Assembly (NCBI GenBank): GCA_963822965.1
Contig: CAWGJT010000012.1
Coordinates: forward strand, 224,001-288,000
Origin: an uncultured delta proteobacterium
GTDB lineage: Bacteria > Myxococcota_A > UBA9160 > UBA4427
DNA length: 64,000 nt
Reading direction: 5' to 3'
Positions within the stretch are counted from its first letter, which is position 1. Every line of letters begins with the position of its first letter. Under the pieces are notes generated by a model that worked only from the letters and a program-made list of their open reading frames with translations, searched no databases and was not told the DNA's origin. A program made the translations under genes and the position numbers. Below, piece after piece: positions 18,652 to 31,484 of this stretch.

Positions 18652-20851
18652 CGCGTACGGGCCTCGTCCGGGCCGCCCGCAGGGTGCCGTGGATGCGCTC
18701 GGCCAGGGTCGCCTGGGTGAAGGGCTTCGACACCAGCTCGATGCCGGGGGGCAGGCGTCCGCGCAGCCCGATGGCGTTCTCCGTGTAGCCCGACGTGAAG
18801 AGCACCGGCAGCCCGGGACGCCGCTCCTGGATGGCGCGGGCGAGCGCCGCCCCGCCCATGCCGCCCGGCAGCACCACGTCCGTGAAGACGAGCGCCACGT
18901 CGGGCCGGCGCGAGAGTAGCTCCAGGGCGTCGGGACCGTCCTCCGCCTGGGCGGTCGCATAGCCGCTGCGCTGGAGCAGGTTCACCGTGAGCGAGCGAAC
19001 GGCCTCGTCGTCCTCCACGACGAGGATGAGCTCGCCCGAGCCCCGGGGCCCGGGGCCGGCCGCCTCCGGCGGCGGTGCGATCCGCCCCCGCACCTGCATC
19101 TCGCCGTCGCGGGTCCGCGGCAGGTACACGCGCACGCAGGTCCCCTCCCCCGGCGCGCTCTCGATCTGGACGTCGCCCCCCGACTGGCGCACGAAGCCGT
19201 AGACCATGCTGAGGCCCAGGCCGCTGCCCCGTCCGAGCCCCTTGGTGGTGAAGAAGGGCTCGAAGGCGTGCTCGAGCACCTCCCGGTTCATGCCCGATCC
19301 GGCGTCGGAGATCGCGAGCATCACGTAGGCCCCGGGGCGTGCGCCCTGGCGGGCCTGCGGGCTGTCGGCGTCGACCGTGACGTTGGCGGTCTCGATCGTG
19401 AGCTCACCGCCGCCGGGCATGGCGTCCCGGGCGTTGATCGCGAGGTTCAGGATGACGTTCTCGAGCTGCGTCGGATCGACTTCGCACTTCCACAGCCCTT
19501 CGGCGCGCCGGGTCTGGATGTCCACCGTCTCGCCCAGGGTGCGGCGCAGCAGGTCGTCCATCCCCGACACCAGGTCGCCCACGTCGAGCACCCGGGGCTG
19601 CAGGGCCTGCTTGCGGGCGAACGCCAGCAGCCGGTGCGTGAGCGACGAGCCCCGCCGCGCGGCGGCCCGGGCGTTCTCCACGAAGGCCTGGGCCGGGTCG
19701 TCGGGCGCCAGGCTGCCCGCCACCAGCTGCAGGTTGCCCAGGATCACCGTCAGCAGGTTGTTGAAGTCGTGGGCGACGCCGCCGGTCAGCTGGCCCACGG
19801 CCTCGAGCTTCTGGGCCTGGAGGAGCTGCTCCTCCAGATCGAGCCGCCCGCTGATGTCGCTGGTGACGACGATGGCTCGCTCCACCTGGCCGCGCTCGAC
19901 GATGGGGCCCACGCGGCTCGAGTACCAGACCGGCCCTCGCAGCTCGTCGGCCACCTGCACGTCGTAGGAGACGGGCTCGCCGTGCGCGAAGACGCGCTCG
20001 ACGCCCTTCCGCACCCGCTCCGCATGCTCGGGCACCACCAGCTCCTCGGCGAGCCGTCCGGTGGGATCCAGCCGGTCCTGGCTCTGGTGGTTGGCGAACA
20101 ACACCCGGTGACTCCGATCGACGATCGCGATGCTGTCCGGCGCGTGCTCGACCACCGAGCGGAAGCGGGCCTCGGCGGCGCGCTTCTCGGCCTCGGCCCG
20201 GGCCCGCTCGTTGCGCGCGGAGGTGGCCAGCGCGAGGGCCTGCCGGGTGTCGCGCAGGCTGGCGGAGAGTCGCTCGACCACCGCATAGACGCCCAGGGCC
20301 AGCAGGGCGCTGCAGACGCCGTAGGTCAGGCTGATGCGCACCGCACCCGGCAGGTTGCTGGGATCCACGCTCGTCGGATCGAAGGCCGGCGCCAGCCAGC
20401 CCATGTGGATCGAGAGTGCGGTCCCCAGCAGGATCGTCGTCGAGAGGCCCCATCCGGCGATCGCCCAGCGCATGCCCAGCAGCAGGGCGCTGAGCCCGAC
20501 GCCAATCAGGGCGATGAGGATCGTGCCGACCCCGTAGCCGTAGCGGCTGGCCGCCAGGAACTCGATGGCGAACAGCGCGATCAGGAACGAGTAGGCGCGC
20601 AGCCGATAGGGCGCCCGGCGCAGCACCGCCGCGGCCAGCAGGACCAGCGGCGCGCCCACGGTCAGGGTGTCGCGCAGGAGCGACTCGCCCAGCCGGATCT
20701 CCCACGCGCCGTAGAGCATGAGGGCGCCGATCAGCATGGCGCCGACGCCGCTCAGGCGGTCGAAGATCCGCACCCGCCAGGCACCGGGCCCGTGCTTGGA
20801 ATGCGAATCGATCTCTTCGTTGCTCGCGCTCGCGGGCTCGCTCACCGACAC
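18635..20851 (-). CDS. Membrane-bound PAS hybrid histidine kinase/response regulator (start approximate)
   Basis: About 6 TM, PAS, GGVAHDFNNLL, NLAINARDAM, EPFFTTK, GSGLGL, receiver VEDD/TDVVLPG/SGY/KPF. Confidence 0.93.
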   Translation of the reverse strand: MSVSEPASASNEEIDSHSKHGPGAWRVRIFDRLSGVGAMLIGALMLYGAWEIRLGESLLRDTLTVGAPLVLLAAAVLRRAPYRLRAYSFLIALFAIEFLAASRYGYGVGTILIALIGVGLSALLLGMRWAIAGWGLSTTILLGTALSIHMGWLAPAFDPTSVDPSNLPGAVRISLTYGVCSALLALGVYAVVERLSASLRDTRQALALATSARNERARAEAEKRAAEARFRSVVEHAPDSIAIVDRSHRVLFANHQSQDRLDPTGRLAEELVVPEHAERVRKGVERVFAHGEPVSYDVQVADELRGPVWYSSRVGPIVERGQVERAIVVTSDISGRLDLEEQLLQAQKLEAVGQLTGGVAHDFNNLLTVILGNLQLVAGSLAPDDPAQAFVENARAAARRGSSLTHRLLAFARKQALQPRVLDVGDLVSGMDDLLRRTLGETVDIQTRRAEGLWKCEVDPTQLENVILNLAINARDAMPGGGELTIETANVTVDADSPQARQGARPGAYVMLAISDAGSGMNREVLEHAFEPFFTTKGLGRGSGLGLSMVYGFVRQSGGDVQIESAPGEGTCVRVYLPRTRDGEMQVRGRIAPPPEAAGPGPRGSGELILVVEDDEAVRSLTVNLLQRSGYATAQAEDGPDALELLSRRPDVALVFTDVVLPGGMGGAALARAIQERRPGLPVLFTSGYTENAIGLRGRLPPGIELVSKPFTQATLAERIHGTLRAARTRPVRVSEGS

Positions 20852-20948
20852 CCCGTGGACGCCCCCTGGGCGCCGAGCCCCCCAAGAGCCTGGAGGCAAT
20901 GGAAGCGTTCCTCCCGCCCCACCACAACGCTGCCGGTCCCGCGCCGGC

Positions 20949-21725
20949 TCACCCCGGGAAGTACGCGCCGGGCGTCGTCCCCAGCTGGCGCCGGAACATC
21001 GCGATGAACGCGCTCGGGCTCTCGTAGCCCAGCGCCAGCGACACCGCCGTCACCGACTCGCCCGCGGCCAGGCGCTCGAGGGCGCGCAACAGTCGCAGCT
21101 GGCGCCGCCAGGCGCCGAAGCTCATGCCCGTGTCCCGCCGGAAGAGACGCTCCAGGGTCCGCACGCTCGCGCCCGCCAGGCGCGCCCATTCCCCGAGCGT
21201 CCGGTCGCTGTCGGGAGCGGCGACCAGGGCGCGGGCCACCCGGGCCGGGCGCTCGTCGAGCGGGGTCGGCAGATGCAGCGGCGCCACGGGCGTCGCCTCG
21301 ATCTCGTCCAGCGCGACGCCCACCAGGCGCTCCTCCGCCCCGCCCAGGGGATGGGGCTGGGGCAGGGCCACCACCCGCAGGATCAGCTCGCGCAGGAGAG
21401 GCGAGACCCCGACCACGCAGCAGGCCCCCGGCAGACCGCCCCGGGCGTCGGGCTCGAGATAGAGCGTGCGCATGGCGACGCGTCCCGACATGCGGATGTC
21501 GTGCGGCGTGCCCCCGGGAAGCCAGACGGCGCGCTGGGGAGGCACCACCCAGGCGCCGTCCCGGGTCGACACGGTCATGACGCCGGAGGCGGCGTACACG
21601 AGCTGCGCCCGGCGGTGCCGGTGGCGCGGGATCCACTCTCCGTGCTGCCAGTCCGCCGCCACCCCCACCACGGGGCGGGGGATGTCCTCGGGAATCGGCG
21701 CCAGACGCGGATCGGGCTTGGCCAT
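20949..21725 (-). CDS. AraC family transcriptional regulator
   Basis: Cupin HRHRRAQL, WVVPPQRAVW; double HTH ending GYESPSAFIAMFRR. Confidence 0.95.
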   Translation of the reverse strand: MAKPDPRLAPIPEDIPRPVVGVAADWQHGEWIPRHRHRRAQLVYAASGVMTVSTRDGAWVVPPQRAVWLPGGTPHDIRMSGRVAMRTLYLEPDARGGLPGACCVVGVSPLLRELILRVVALPQPHPLGGAEERLVGVALDEIEATPVAPLHLPTPLDERPARVARALVAAPDSDRTLGEWARLAGASVRTLERLFRRDTGMSFGAWRRQLRLLRALERLAAGESVTAVSLALGYESPSAFIAMFRRQLGTTPGAYFPG

Positions 21726-21814
21726 TTCGCGACATATCTTGACCGGATCGCGCGAGCACGACCACCCCCAACCCGGGATCCTGGGCGCTCCCCCTCCGCA
21801 ACGGAGACCCCGCC

Positions 21815-22384
21815 ATGAATCGCATGCACCGTTGGTTCTGCCGCTCGTCCACCTGGCGCCGCACCCTGGAGGAGCGGCTGCTGCCCTGGGTGCTGGGCGA
21901 CGCCGACCTGGGCGATCACCTGCTGGAGGTGGGCCCCGGCCCGGGCCTGGCCACCGACGCCCTGCGCCGGCGCGCCGCGCGGGTCACGGCGATCGAGATC
22001 GACCCCACCCTCGCGGGCGCCCTCGAGACCCGCCTGCGCGGCACGAACGTCTCGGTCGCCCACGCAGACGCGACGGACATGCCCTTCGAGGACGGCTGCT
22101 TCTCGGCTGCGGTCTGCTTCACGATGCTCCACCACGTGCCGTCGGCGGCCCTGCAGGACCGGCTGCTCGCCGAGGTGCACCGGGTGCTGCGCCCGGGCGC
22201 GCCGTTTCTCGGCAGCGACAGCATCTCGAGTCGCAGCTTCGAGATGCTGCACTGGTGGGACACGCTGGTGCCGGTGGACCCGGACCGCTTCGGCGCACGG
22301 CTCGAGGCCGCGGGCTTCACGGATGTCGCCGTGCGGCGGGCACCCCGGACGTTCCGCTTCCGCGCGCGCCGGCCCGCCGCCTGA
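21815..22384 (+). CDS. Class I SAM-dependent methyltransferase
   Basis: LEVGPGPG, DATDMPF, MLHHV, RVLRPG. Confidence 0.93.
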   Translation: MNRMHRWFCRSSTWRRTLEERLLPWVLGDADLGDHLLEVGPGPGLATDALRRRAARVTAIEIDPTLAGALETRLRGTNVSVAHADATDMPFEDGCFSAAVCFTMLHHVPSAALQDRLLAEVHRVLRPGAPFLGSDSISSRSFEMLHWWDTLVPVDPDRFGARLEAAGFTDVAVRRAPRTFRFRARRPAA

Positions 22385-22399
22385 CGGGTCGCGTGCCGA

Positions 22400-23476
22400 C
22401 TACCAGCCGGCCATGCTGGCGGCCCGCTCGCGGTGGAAGGCCGGCGTGCCGAGGTAGGCCCGGTCGAACATCGCGCGCTTGAACCAGATCTGGACGTCGC
22501 ACTCCCACGTGAAGCCGATGCCGCCGTGGGCCTCCACGGCGTCGCGCGCCACCTGCATGTAGCGGTCTGTGATGTGCGCCTTGGCGACGGCGGCCGTGCG
22601 GGCCGACTCGTCGTGCACGTGGTCCATGGCGTGGGCCGCGTACCAGTAGAGACCGCGCGCGGGCTCCACCTCGACGGCCATGTTCGCCAGCTGGTGCTTC
22701 AGCGCCTGGAAGTGCCCGATGGTCACGCCGAACTGCTCCCGGGTCTTCGCGTACTCGACGGACATCTCGACGAGGCGCGTGGCGCCGCCGAAGGCATCCG
22801 CTGCCAGCAGCACGAGACCCGTGTCCCGCAGCTGCTGCGCCGCCGCCGCCCCGTCCGGCAGCGCCTCGGCGGGCGTGTTCGCGAACGTCGCCTGGAAGAG
22901 CCGGCGGGTACGGTCGCCACCGTCCATGTCCTTGATCTCGAGCCCGCTGGCTCCCTTCTCGACGAGGGCCAGGCCTCCCCCCTCGACCCCCACGACGATC
23001 ACGTCCGCCTGGGCACCGAAGATCACGTGGTTCTTCGTCCCGGTGAGGGTCTTGCCGCCGGCGAGCGCCCACTGGTCCGGGAGCCAGGCACCGCCCCCCT
23101 CCGCCAACGCCACGCTCCCGACGGCATCGCCGGTGGCGAGCCTGGGGAGCCAGGCCTTCTTCTGGGCGTCGCTGCCGCCCGTCGCGATGGCCAGCCCCGC
23201 CAGCGCGTGTCCGATGAAGGGACCGGGGGCGGCCATCCGGCCCAGCACCTCGGAGACGATGGCCAGGTCGAGGATCTCGAGCCCCGCTCCACCGTACTCC
23301 TCGGGCAGGTGCAGTCCGGCGAGACCCATCTCCGCCATGCCCTTCCACAGCTTCTCGTCGAAGCCCGTGTCGCCGTCGAAGATCTCGCGCAGGCTCGTGG
23401 CCGGGCACTCGTTCTCGAGGTACTGCCGGACGGTCTCCTGCAGCATCTCCTGCTCTTCGGAAAGGTCGAAGTTCAT
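22400..23476 (-). CDS. Acyl-CoA dehydrogenase (short partner subunit type)
   Basis: MNFDLSEEQ, PEEYGGAG, YAKTREQFGVTIGHFQALKH, HGGIGFTWE. Confidence 0.93.
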   Translation of the reverse strand: MNFDLSEEQEMLQETVRQYLENECPATSLREIFDGDTGFDEKLWKGMAEMGLAGLHLPEEYGGAGLEILDLAIVSEVLGRMAAPGPFIGHALAGLAIATGGSDAQKKAWLPRLATGDAVGSVALAEGGGAWLPDQWALAGGKTLTGTKNHVIFGAQADVIVVGVEGGGLALVEKGASGLEIKDMDGGDRTRRLFQATFANTPAEALPDGAAAAQQLRDTGLVLLAADAFGGATRLVEMSVEYAKTREQFGVTIGHFQALKHQLANMAVEVEPARGLYWYAAHAMDHVHDESARTAAVAKAHITDRYMQVARDAVEAHGGIGFTWECDVQIWFKRAMFDRAYLGTPAFHRERAASMAGW

Positions 23477-24684
23477 TTGCGCGAGCTCCTGTCCGCGGCG
23501 CTGTCCCGGGGCAGGCCCAGGCCGCGCTCGCCGATCACGTTGCGCTGGATGTTGGCGGTGCCTCCCGCGACCGCGATGCCGAGGGAGTACATGTAGTGGG
23601 CGATCCAGCCCTGGTGGCCGCCCATCATGCCCTCCATCGAGCGGCTCCCGGCCGAGAGCAGCCCGTCGTCCCCCAGCAGGTCGAGCGCCAGGCGCGCGAT
23701 GTCGTGCCCGATGTTCGTCGAGATGATCTTGTTCATCATCGTGATGATGCCCGGCGATTCGCCCTTGGCGTCCTTGGTGAGGGTGCGGTAGCCCGAGTAC
23801 TGGTGGGCCCGCACGGTGCCCTCGAGGGCGGCCAGGCGCTGCCGGATCTCCGCGTTCTCGATGGCCGGGCGGCCGTCGATGCGCGACTCCTTCGCCAGGG
23901 CCAGCAGGCCCTTGAAGAGGGCGCGCGTCTGCTGGGTGCTGCCGATGGAGTTGCGCTCGTGCTTGAGGGTGGTGCGGGAGACCAGCCAGCCCTCGCCCCG
24001 CTTGCCGACGATCCAGTCCTTGGGGGTCTTCGCGTTCGTGAAGAACACCTCGCAGAAGTCGGCGCCGCCCGTCATCTGCCGCAGGGGCCGCACCTCGATC
24101 CCCGGCTGCTTCATGTCGATCAGCAGGTAGGAGATGCCGGCGTGCTTGGGGGCCTCGGGCTCGGTGCGGGTGAGGCAGAACATGTAGTGGGCGGTCTGGG
24201 CGCCGCTGGTCCAGATCTTCTGGCCGTTGATCACCCACTCGTCGCCCACCAGCTCGCCCCGGGTCTTCAGGGAGGCCAGGTCGCTTCCCGACCCCGGCTC
24301 GCTGTAGCCCTGACACCAGTTCACGTCTCCCCGGATGGTGGGCCCGACGAACTTCTCCTTCTGCCACTCCTCGCCGCGCTCGAGGAGCGTCGGCACGAGC
24401 ATCATCGTGCCGATGCCCCGGGGCTCCATGGGCGCGTGCGCCTTGCCGAACTCCTCCCGGATGATCTGGGCCTTGAGGACGTCGGGCTCCTGCTCCGAGC
24501 CGCCGTACTGCTTCGGGATGTTGCGGCACAGGTAGCCCGCCTCGATGGCGCGCTCGCGGAACCGGATGGCCTGCTCGTTCCAGCCGAGCTCGGCTTCCTC
24601 GCCCTGCAGCGGCCAGTTCTGGCTCAGGAACTTCGCGACCTCGTCGCGGAAGCCCTCGAGCGCCTCGCCGTAGCTCAGATCCAT
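23473..24684 (-). CDS. Acyl-CoA dehydrogenase
   Basis: WCQGYSEPGSGSDLASL, INGQKIWTS, TLKHER, GGTANIQRN. Confidence 0.95.
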   Translation of the reverse strand: MDLSYGEALEGFRDEVAKFLSQNWPLQGEEAELGWNEQAIRFRERAIEAGYLCRNIPKQYGGSEQEPDVLKAQIIREEFGKAHAPMEPRGIGTMMLVPTLLERGEEWQKEKFVGPTIRGDVNWCQGYSEPGSGSDLASLKTRGELVGDEWVINGQKIWTSGAQTAHYMFCLTRTEPEAPKHAGISYLLIDMKQPGIEVRPLRQMTGGADFCEVFFTNAKTPKDWIVGKRGEGWLVSRTTLKHERNSIGSTQQTRALFKGLLALAKESRIDGRPAIENAEIRQRLAALEGTVRAHQYSGYRTLTKDAKGESPGIITMMNKIISTNIGHDIARLALDLLGDDGLLSAGSRSMEGMMGGHQGWIAHYMYSLGIAVAGGTANIQRNVIGERGLGLPRDSAADRSSRK

Positions 24685-24879
24685 GTGGGAAGACCTCGTC
24701 TCTCGCGTGCGTTCGCACGCGACCCGGGCGGGTCGCGTGCTTGGTGATTCGCCGATCCGCGGACTCGCCGTCTTGGCCCCGCGGGAGCTCCGCGCTCGTC
24801 GCCGGGCGTGCCCGAGTGTGAGGATCCCGGCCGGGCAGGTCAAGAGGTTCGAGGGTCGAACTAAACCGGGAGGCGCCCC

Positions 24880-25656
24880 TCAGCGACGCCGGGCGAGGCC
24901 CACGTGCAGCTCGCCGGGTCGGAGCAGCTTGAAGGCCTCTCCGTACGCCGCGCCCACCGCCTCGCCCCACCGCTGCTCGACCGCCGTGATCCCCCGATGG
25001 ATGCCCTCGAGGGCCTCTCCCATGAGCTGGGACCGGTAGGCGTCCATCGCCCGGTGCTTGCGCTCCCGGGTGGCCGAGACGTCGAAGACGACGTTGGGCT
25101 CGAGGGTGTAGTAGAGCACCAGCGCGCGCAGGCCGTGGGGCTCGTAGGCGTCGTCCACCTCGGGGCGGGTCCGGAAGCGAGGCAGCCCGTGGAACATCAC
25201 CGCCTCGCCCGCCGCGATGCCGGTGCGGAGGTGGTCCCGGTGGGCTTCGTGGGGGAGCCACGGGTCGCACGTGAAGACGTAGTCCGGTCGCAGCACGCGG
25301 ATACGCTCGATGATGCGCTGGCGCAGATCCACCTCGCTCCACTCGCCGCCATCCGGAAGGTCGAGGGGGTGCTGGGCGTGGACGCCGATGATGCGCCCCG
25401 CTTCCTGCTGCTCGTCGAGGAGGCGCGCGATTGCCACGTCGTCGGGCAGGTGCGGATCCTTCACGCCGGAGAGGTTGTCGGTCACCGTCAGGTAGTGGAC
25501 ATCGACGCCCCGGTCGGCGAGGTGCGCGAACGTGCCGCCGGCCGCGATGTCGTTGTCGTCGTAGTGGGGCTGCACGCAGAGGACGCACCGGGCTCGCTCG
25601 ATCTCGGCCCGGAAGCGGTCCGCGTGTCGCAGGGGGTCGGGGGCAGGCTCCGTCAT
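24880..25656 (-). CDS. PIG-L/LmbE family deacetylase
   Basis: QPHYDD, LPDG, RPDYVFT, HRDH, YRSQ motifs. Confidence 0.9.
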   Translation of the reverse strand: MTEPAPDPLRHADRFRAEIERARCVLCVQPHYDDNDIAAGGTFAHLADRGVDVHYLTVTDNLSGVKDPHLPDDVAIARLLDEQQEAGRIIGVHAQHPLDLPDGGEWSEVDLRQRIIERIRVLRPDYVFTCDPWLPHEAHRDHLRTGIAAGEAVMFHGLPRFRTRPEVDDAYEPHGLRALVLYYTLEPNVVFDVSATRERKHRAMDAYRSQLMGEALEGIHRGITAVEQRWGEAVGAAYGEAFKLLRPGELHVGLARRR

Positions 25657-25710
25657 CTCGCCAGCATATCAACACGCCCGGGGCGGCGGTCGCCTGCCTA
25701 TACTCGGTCC

Positions 25711-26973
25711 GTGACCGAGCGACTCGCCATCCACGGAGGCACGCCCCTGCGCGGGCGTCCCTTCGCGCGCTGGCCCGAGTGGGGCGACGAGGAGCGGAAG
25801 GCCCTCTCCCGGGTGCTCGAACGCGGCTCCTGGGGCGGACATCCCAGCCCGAACGTCGAGGCGCGCGCCTTCGCGGAGGAGTTCGCGGCCTATCTGGACG
25901 TGCCCCACGTGGTGACCTGTACGAGCGGAAGCACGGCGCTGGTCCTGGCCCTTCAGGCCGCGCGGCTCTCCCCCGGCGCCGAGGTGATCACCACCGCCTA
26001 CAGCTTCGTCGCCACCGCCGGCGCCATCGCCCAGGCGGGCTGCCTCCCCGTCCCGGTAGACGTGGAGGAGACCGGCTACTGCATCGACCCGACCCTCGTC
26101 GAGGCGGCCATCGGCCCTCGCACCGAGGCCATCGTGGCGGTTCACCTGGCCTGCTCGATGGCCGACCTCGATCGCCTCGGCGAGATCGCGACTCGCCACG
26201 GCCTGGTGTTGATCGAGGACTGCGCGCACGCCCATGGCGCCCGCTGGCGCGACCGGGCGGCCGGCGGATTCGGCGACTTCGGCTGCTTCTCGATGCAGTC
26301 GACCAAGCTGCTCACGGCGGGAGAAGGCGGCGCGGTCTCCACCCGCAGCCCCGAGGCCGCGTCGCGTCTGGCTTCGCTCGTGAACTGCGGCCGCAAGGAG
26401 CCGGGCGCCGACGCCTTCCCGGAGCGGCTGCTGGGCCACAACTACCGCATCAGCGAGTGGCAGGGGGCGGTCCTGCGCGAGCAGCTTCGCCGTCTCGACG
26501 GGCAGCACGAGCGCCGCAGCCACGGCGTGGCCCGGCTCGAGCGGGCGATCGCGAAGCTTCCGGGTCTCGCGCCCCTGCGCCCGGACCCTCGCGTCACCCG
26601 GCGGACCCACTACCAGACGATCCTGCGCTACGACGCCAGCGCCTTCGCGGGCGCGCCCCGCGACCACGTGCTGCTGGCCCTGCAGGCCGAAGGGCTGCCC
26701 TGCTACGGGCGCTTCTACCTGCCCATCGACGAGGACCCGCTCTTCGCCCCGGACCCCGCCACGAACCCGGCCGTGGCCCTGGGCTTCGCCTGGGGCGGCG
26801 ACCGCTTCCCGGTGACCCGTCGCGCGGCCTACGACGAGACGATCTGGCTGCCCCACGAGATCTTTCTGGGCCCCGATGAGGACGTGGACGACGTCGCCGC
26901 GATCCTCGCCCGGGTGCAGGCCGGCGCGGCCTCGCTGCGCGACCGGCCGCCGCGCAGCCGTCCCGCACGCTGA
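25711..26973 (+). CDS. DegT/DnrJ/EryC1/StrS PLP aminotransferase (AHBA synthase/aminocyclitol aminotransferase-like)
   Basis: From GTG (TERLAIHGG), SGSTAL, IEDCAHAHGA, FSMQSTKLLTAGEGG, NYRISEWQ. Confidence 0.93.
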   Translation: MTERLAIHGGTPLRGRPFARWPEWGDEERKALSRVLERGSWGGHPSPNVEARAFAEEFAAYLDVPHVVTCTSGSTALVLALQAARLSPGAEVITTAYSFVATAGAIAQAGCLPVPVDVEETGYCIDPTLVEAAIGPRTEAIVAVHLACSMADLDRLGEIATRHGLVLIEDCAHAHGARWRDRAAGGFGDFGCFSMQSTKLLTAGEGGAVSTRSPEAASRLASLVNCGRKEPGADAFPERLLGHNYRISEWQGAVLREQLRRLDGQHERRSHGVARLERAIAKLPGLAPLRPDPRVTRRTHYQTILRYDASAFAGAPRDHVLLALQAEGLPCYGRFYLPIDEDPLFAPDPATNPAVALGFAWGGDRFPVTRRAAYDETIWLPHEIFLGPDEDVDDVAAILARVQAGAASLRDRPPRSRPAR

Positions 26974-26988
26974 CAGGGATCGTGCGGG

Positions 26989-29778
<2,790 letters not shown>

Positions 29779-29929
29779 GCACCCCTCCGAAGGCCGGCGC
29801 TCCGCGCGCCGGCGAACGCAGGGCTGATCGGCGGAAACCCCGGCCCGCCTGAGACCTACGAGGCGGAATCGCGCTGCCGCGCTGCACGGCGGGTCGCTCG
29901 CCGAGGTTCGGACCCGCGCCGCCAGCCGT

Positions 29930-30256
29930 TCAGGGACCGGGCGCCAGGATCGCGAGCAGGACGAGTCGCTCGTCGCCGGTATTGCGGACGCCGTGGGGCA
30001 CGCCCTCGGGCGCCACCAGCATGACGCCGGGCTCCATCGGGATCTCGCGATCGGCGAGCAGGAAGACGCCCTGCCCGGTGAGCACCTGGTACACCTTGTC
30101 CATTCCCGTGTGGGCGTGGAGCTTGTGCTCCTGCCCCGGCTCGAAGGCGTTGAGCCCCACCAGGATGCGGGGCGACGCGAAGAGGGTCGCCTTGCCCATC
30201 TTGTCGGGCTGGAAGACGGCGTGCTCTTCGGGACGCAGGGCTTCGGGGTGGTCCAT
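29930..30256 (-). CDS. Cupin domain protein
   Basis: PGQEHKLHAH, PEGVPHGVRN. Confidence 0.9.
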   Translation of the reverse strand: MDHPEALRPEEHAVFQPDKMGKATLFASPRILVGLNAFEPGQEHKLHAHTGMDKVYQVLTGQGVFLLADREIPMEPGVMLVAPEGVPHGVRNTGDERLVLLAILAPGP

Positions 30257-30351
30257 GATGAGGCTCCTCGTTCGCTCGTTCGGGCGGACTCCACGCGGGC
30301 GCGGGCGACCCGCCGGAGACCGCGGAACATAGCGTGCGGTAGAGTGCTGCC

Positions 30352-30981
30352 TTGGCCGCCTTCCACCGCTTCGACGACGCCCTGCGCGTGCGGCTGCGCG
30401 ACAACCTCCGCGGCTTCGCGCGGCGCAGTCACGAGGGGAGTGGGCTCACGGCTGCAGCCGTCGCGTTGGCGATGGTGCCCGACACGGAAGGCCGCGCCTG
30501 TTTCGTCCTCACCCGGCGCGCGCCGCGGCTCCGGGAGCACCCCGGCCAGTGGGCGCTGCCGGGCGGTCGCATGGACCCGGGGGAGACGGCGCCGGAGACC
30601 GCGCTGCGCGAGTGCCGCGAAGAGGTGGATCTCGCGCTCGCTCCGGGCGACGTGCTGGGCCTGCTGGACGACTACCCGACGCGCTCGGGCTATGCGATCA
30701 CACCCGTCGTCGTCTGGGGCGGCGCCGACGCGCGCATGACCGCCAACGCGCAGGAGGTGGCCGAGATCCATCGGGTGCCGCTCACGGCGCTGGACCACCC
30801 GGACGTTCCCCGCCTGCGCACGATCCCGGAGAGCAACCGTCCGGTGATCTCCGTTCCCCTGCTCGGCACCCACATCCACGCGCCGACCGCCGCGATCCTC
30901 TACCAGCTGCGGGAGGTGGTCTTGCACGGGCGCGACACCCGGGTCGACCACTACGAGCAGCCGCTCTTCGCCTGGCGTTAG
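30352..30981 (+). CDS. Nudix CoA pyrophosphatase
   Basis: LTRR..LREHPGQWALPGG, ALRECREEVDL Nudix box. Confidence 0.92.
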   Translation: MAAFHRFDDALRVRLRDNLRGFARRSHEGSGLTAAAVALAMVPDTEGRACFVLTRRAPRLREHPGQWALPGGRMDPGETAPETALRECREEVDLALAPGDVLGLLDDYPTRSGYAITPVVVWGGADARMTANAQEVAEIHRVPLTALDHPDVPRLRTIPESNRPVISVPLLGTHIHAPTAAILYQLREVVLHGRDTRVDHYEQPLFAWR

Positions 30982-31190
30982 CGACGCACGACAGATCGTC
31001 TCGACGGAACGCCCGCGGAGACGACCGCGACCGTCGACACGACGCGCGCAGACCCGAGACCCACGACGGCGCCGCATCACCGGCAACTCCGGGCTCGATC
31101 CGGTCGGAATTCCGTAAAGGCTTCCAGATCCGGTAGACTCCGTGGTGCCGTGTGCACGGGGCGCACCTCGAAAGCTCGGGAGCCCCTTCA

Positions 31191-31466
31191 TTGACGAAAT
31201 CGCAGAAAGCGCCGAAGGACGATCCCGTCATCCGACCGGGAGCCGGCGGACACCGGTTCGGCCCCGACCTGCAGTGCAACGAGTGCGGTCGCAACTGGGA
31301 CGAGCATCAACACGACCCGAGCCCCTGCAGCGAGATCGCGGAGGTGGAGAAGGTCGCGGCGGAAGCGCCGCTCGACGCGGGGCGCCGCGCCGAGGAGGCG
31401 GAGGCGCTGGCCGAGCCAGGCGGCGATTCCGTGGAGAGTGACAAGGAAACGGACGAAGATCCGTGA
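31191..31466 (+). CDS. Small hypothetical protein with His/Cys cluster and acidic tail (start uncertain, 31152 or 31191)
   Basis: GHRFGPDLQCNECGRNWDEHQHDPSPC followed by an E/D-rich tail. Confidence 0.6.
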   Translation: MTKSQKAPKDDPVIRPGAGGHRFGPDLQCNECGRNWDEHQHDPSPCSEIAEVEKVAAEAPLDAGRRAEEAEALAEPGGDSVESDKETDEDP

Positions 31467-31484
31467 AGCGCGGCGCCCGGCGGG

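Noticed and set aside
20949..22384. AraC-methyltransferase divergent pair as a novel system
   Set aside because: Common arrangement with no unusual features.
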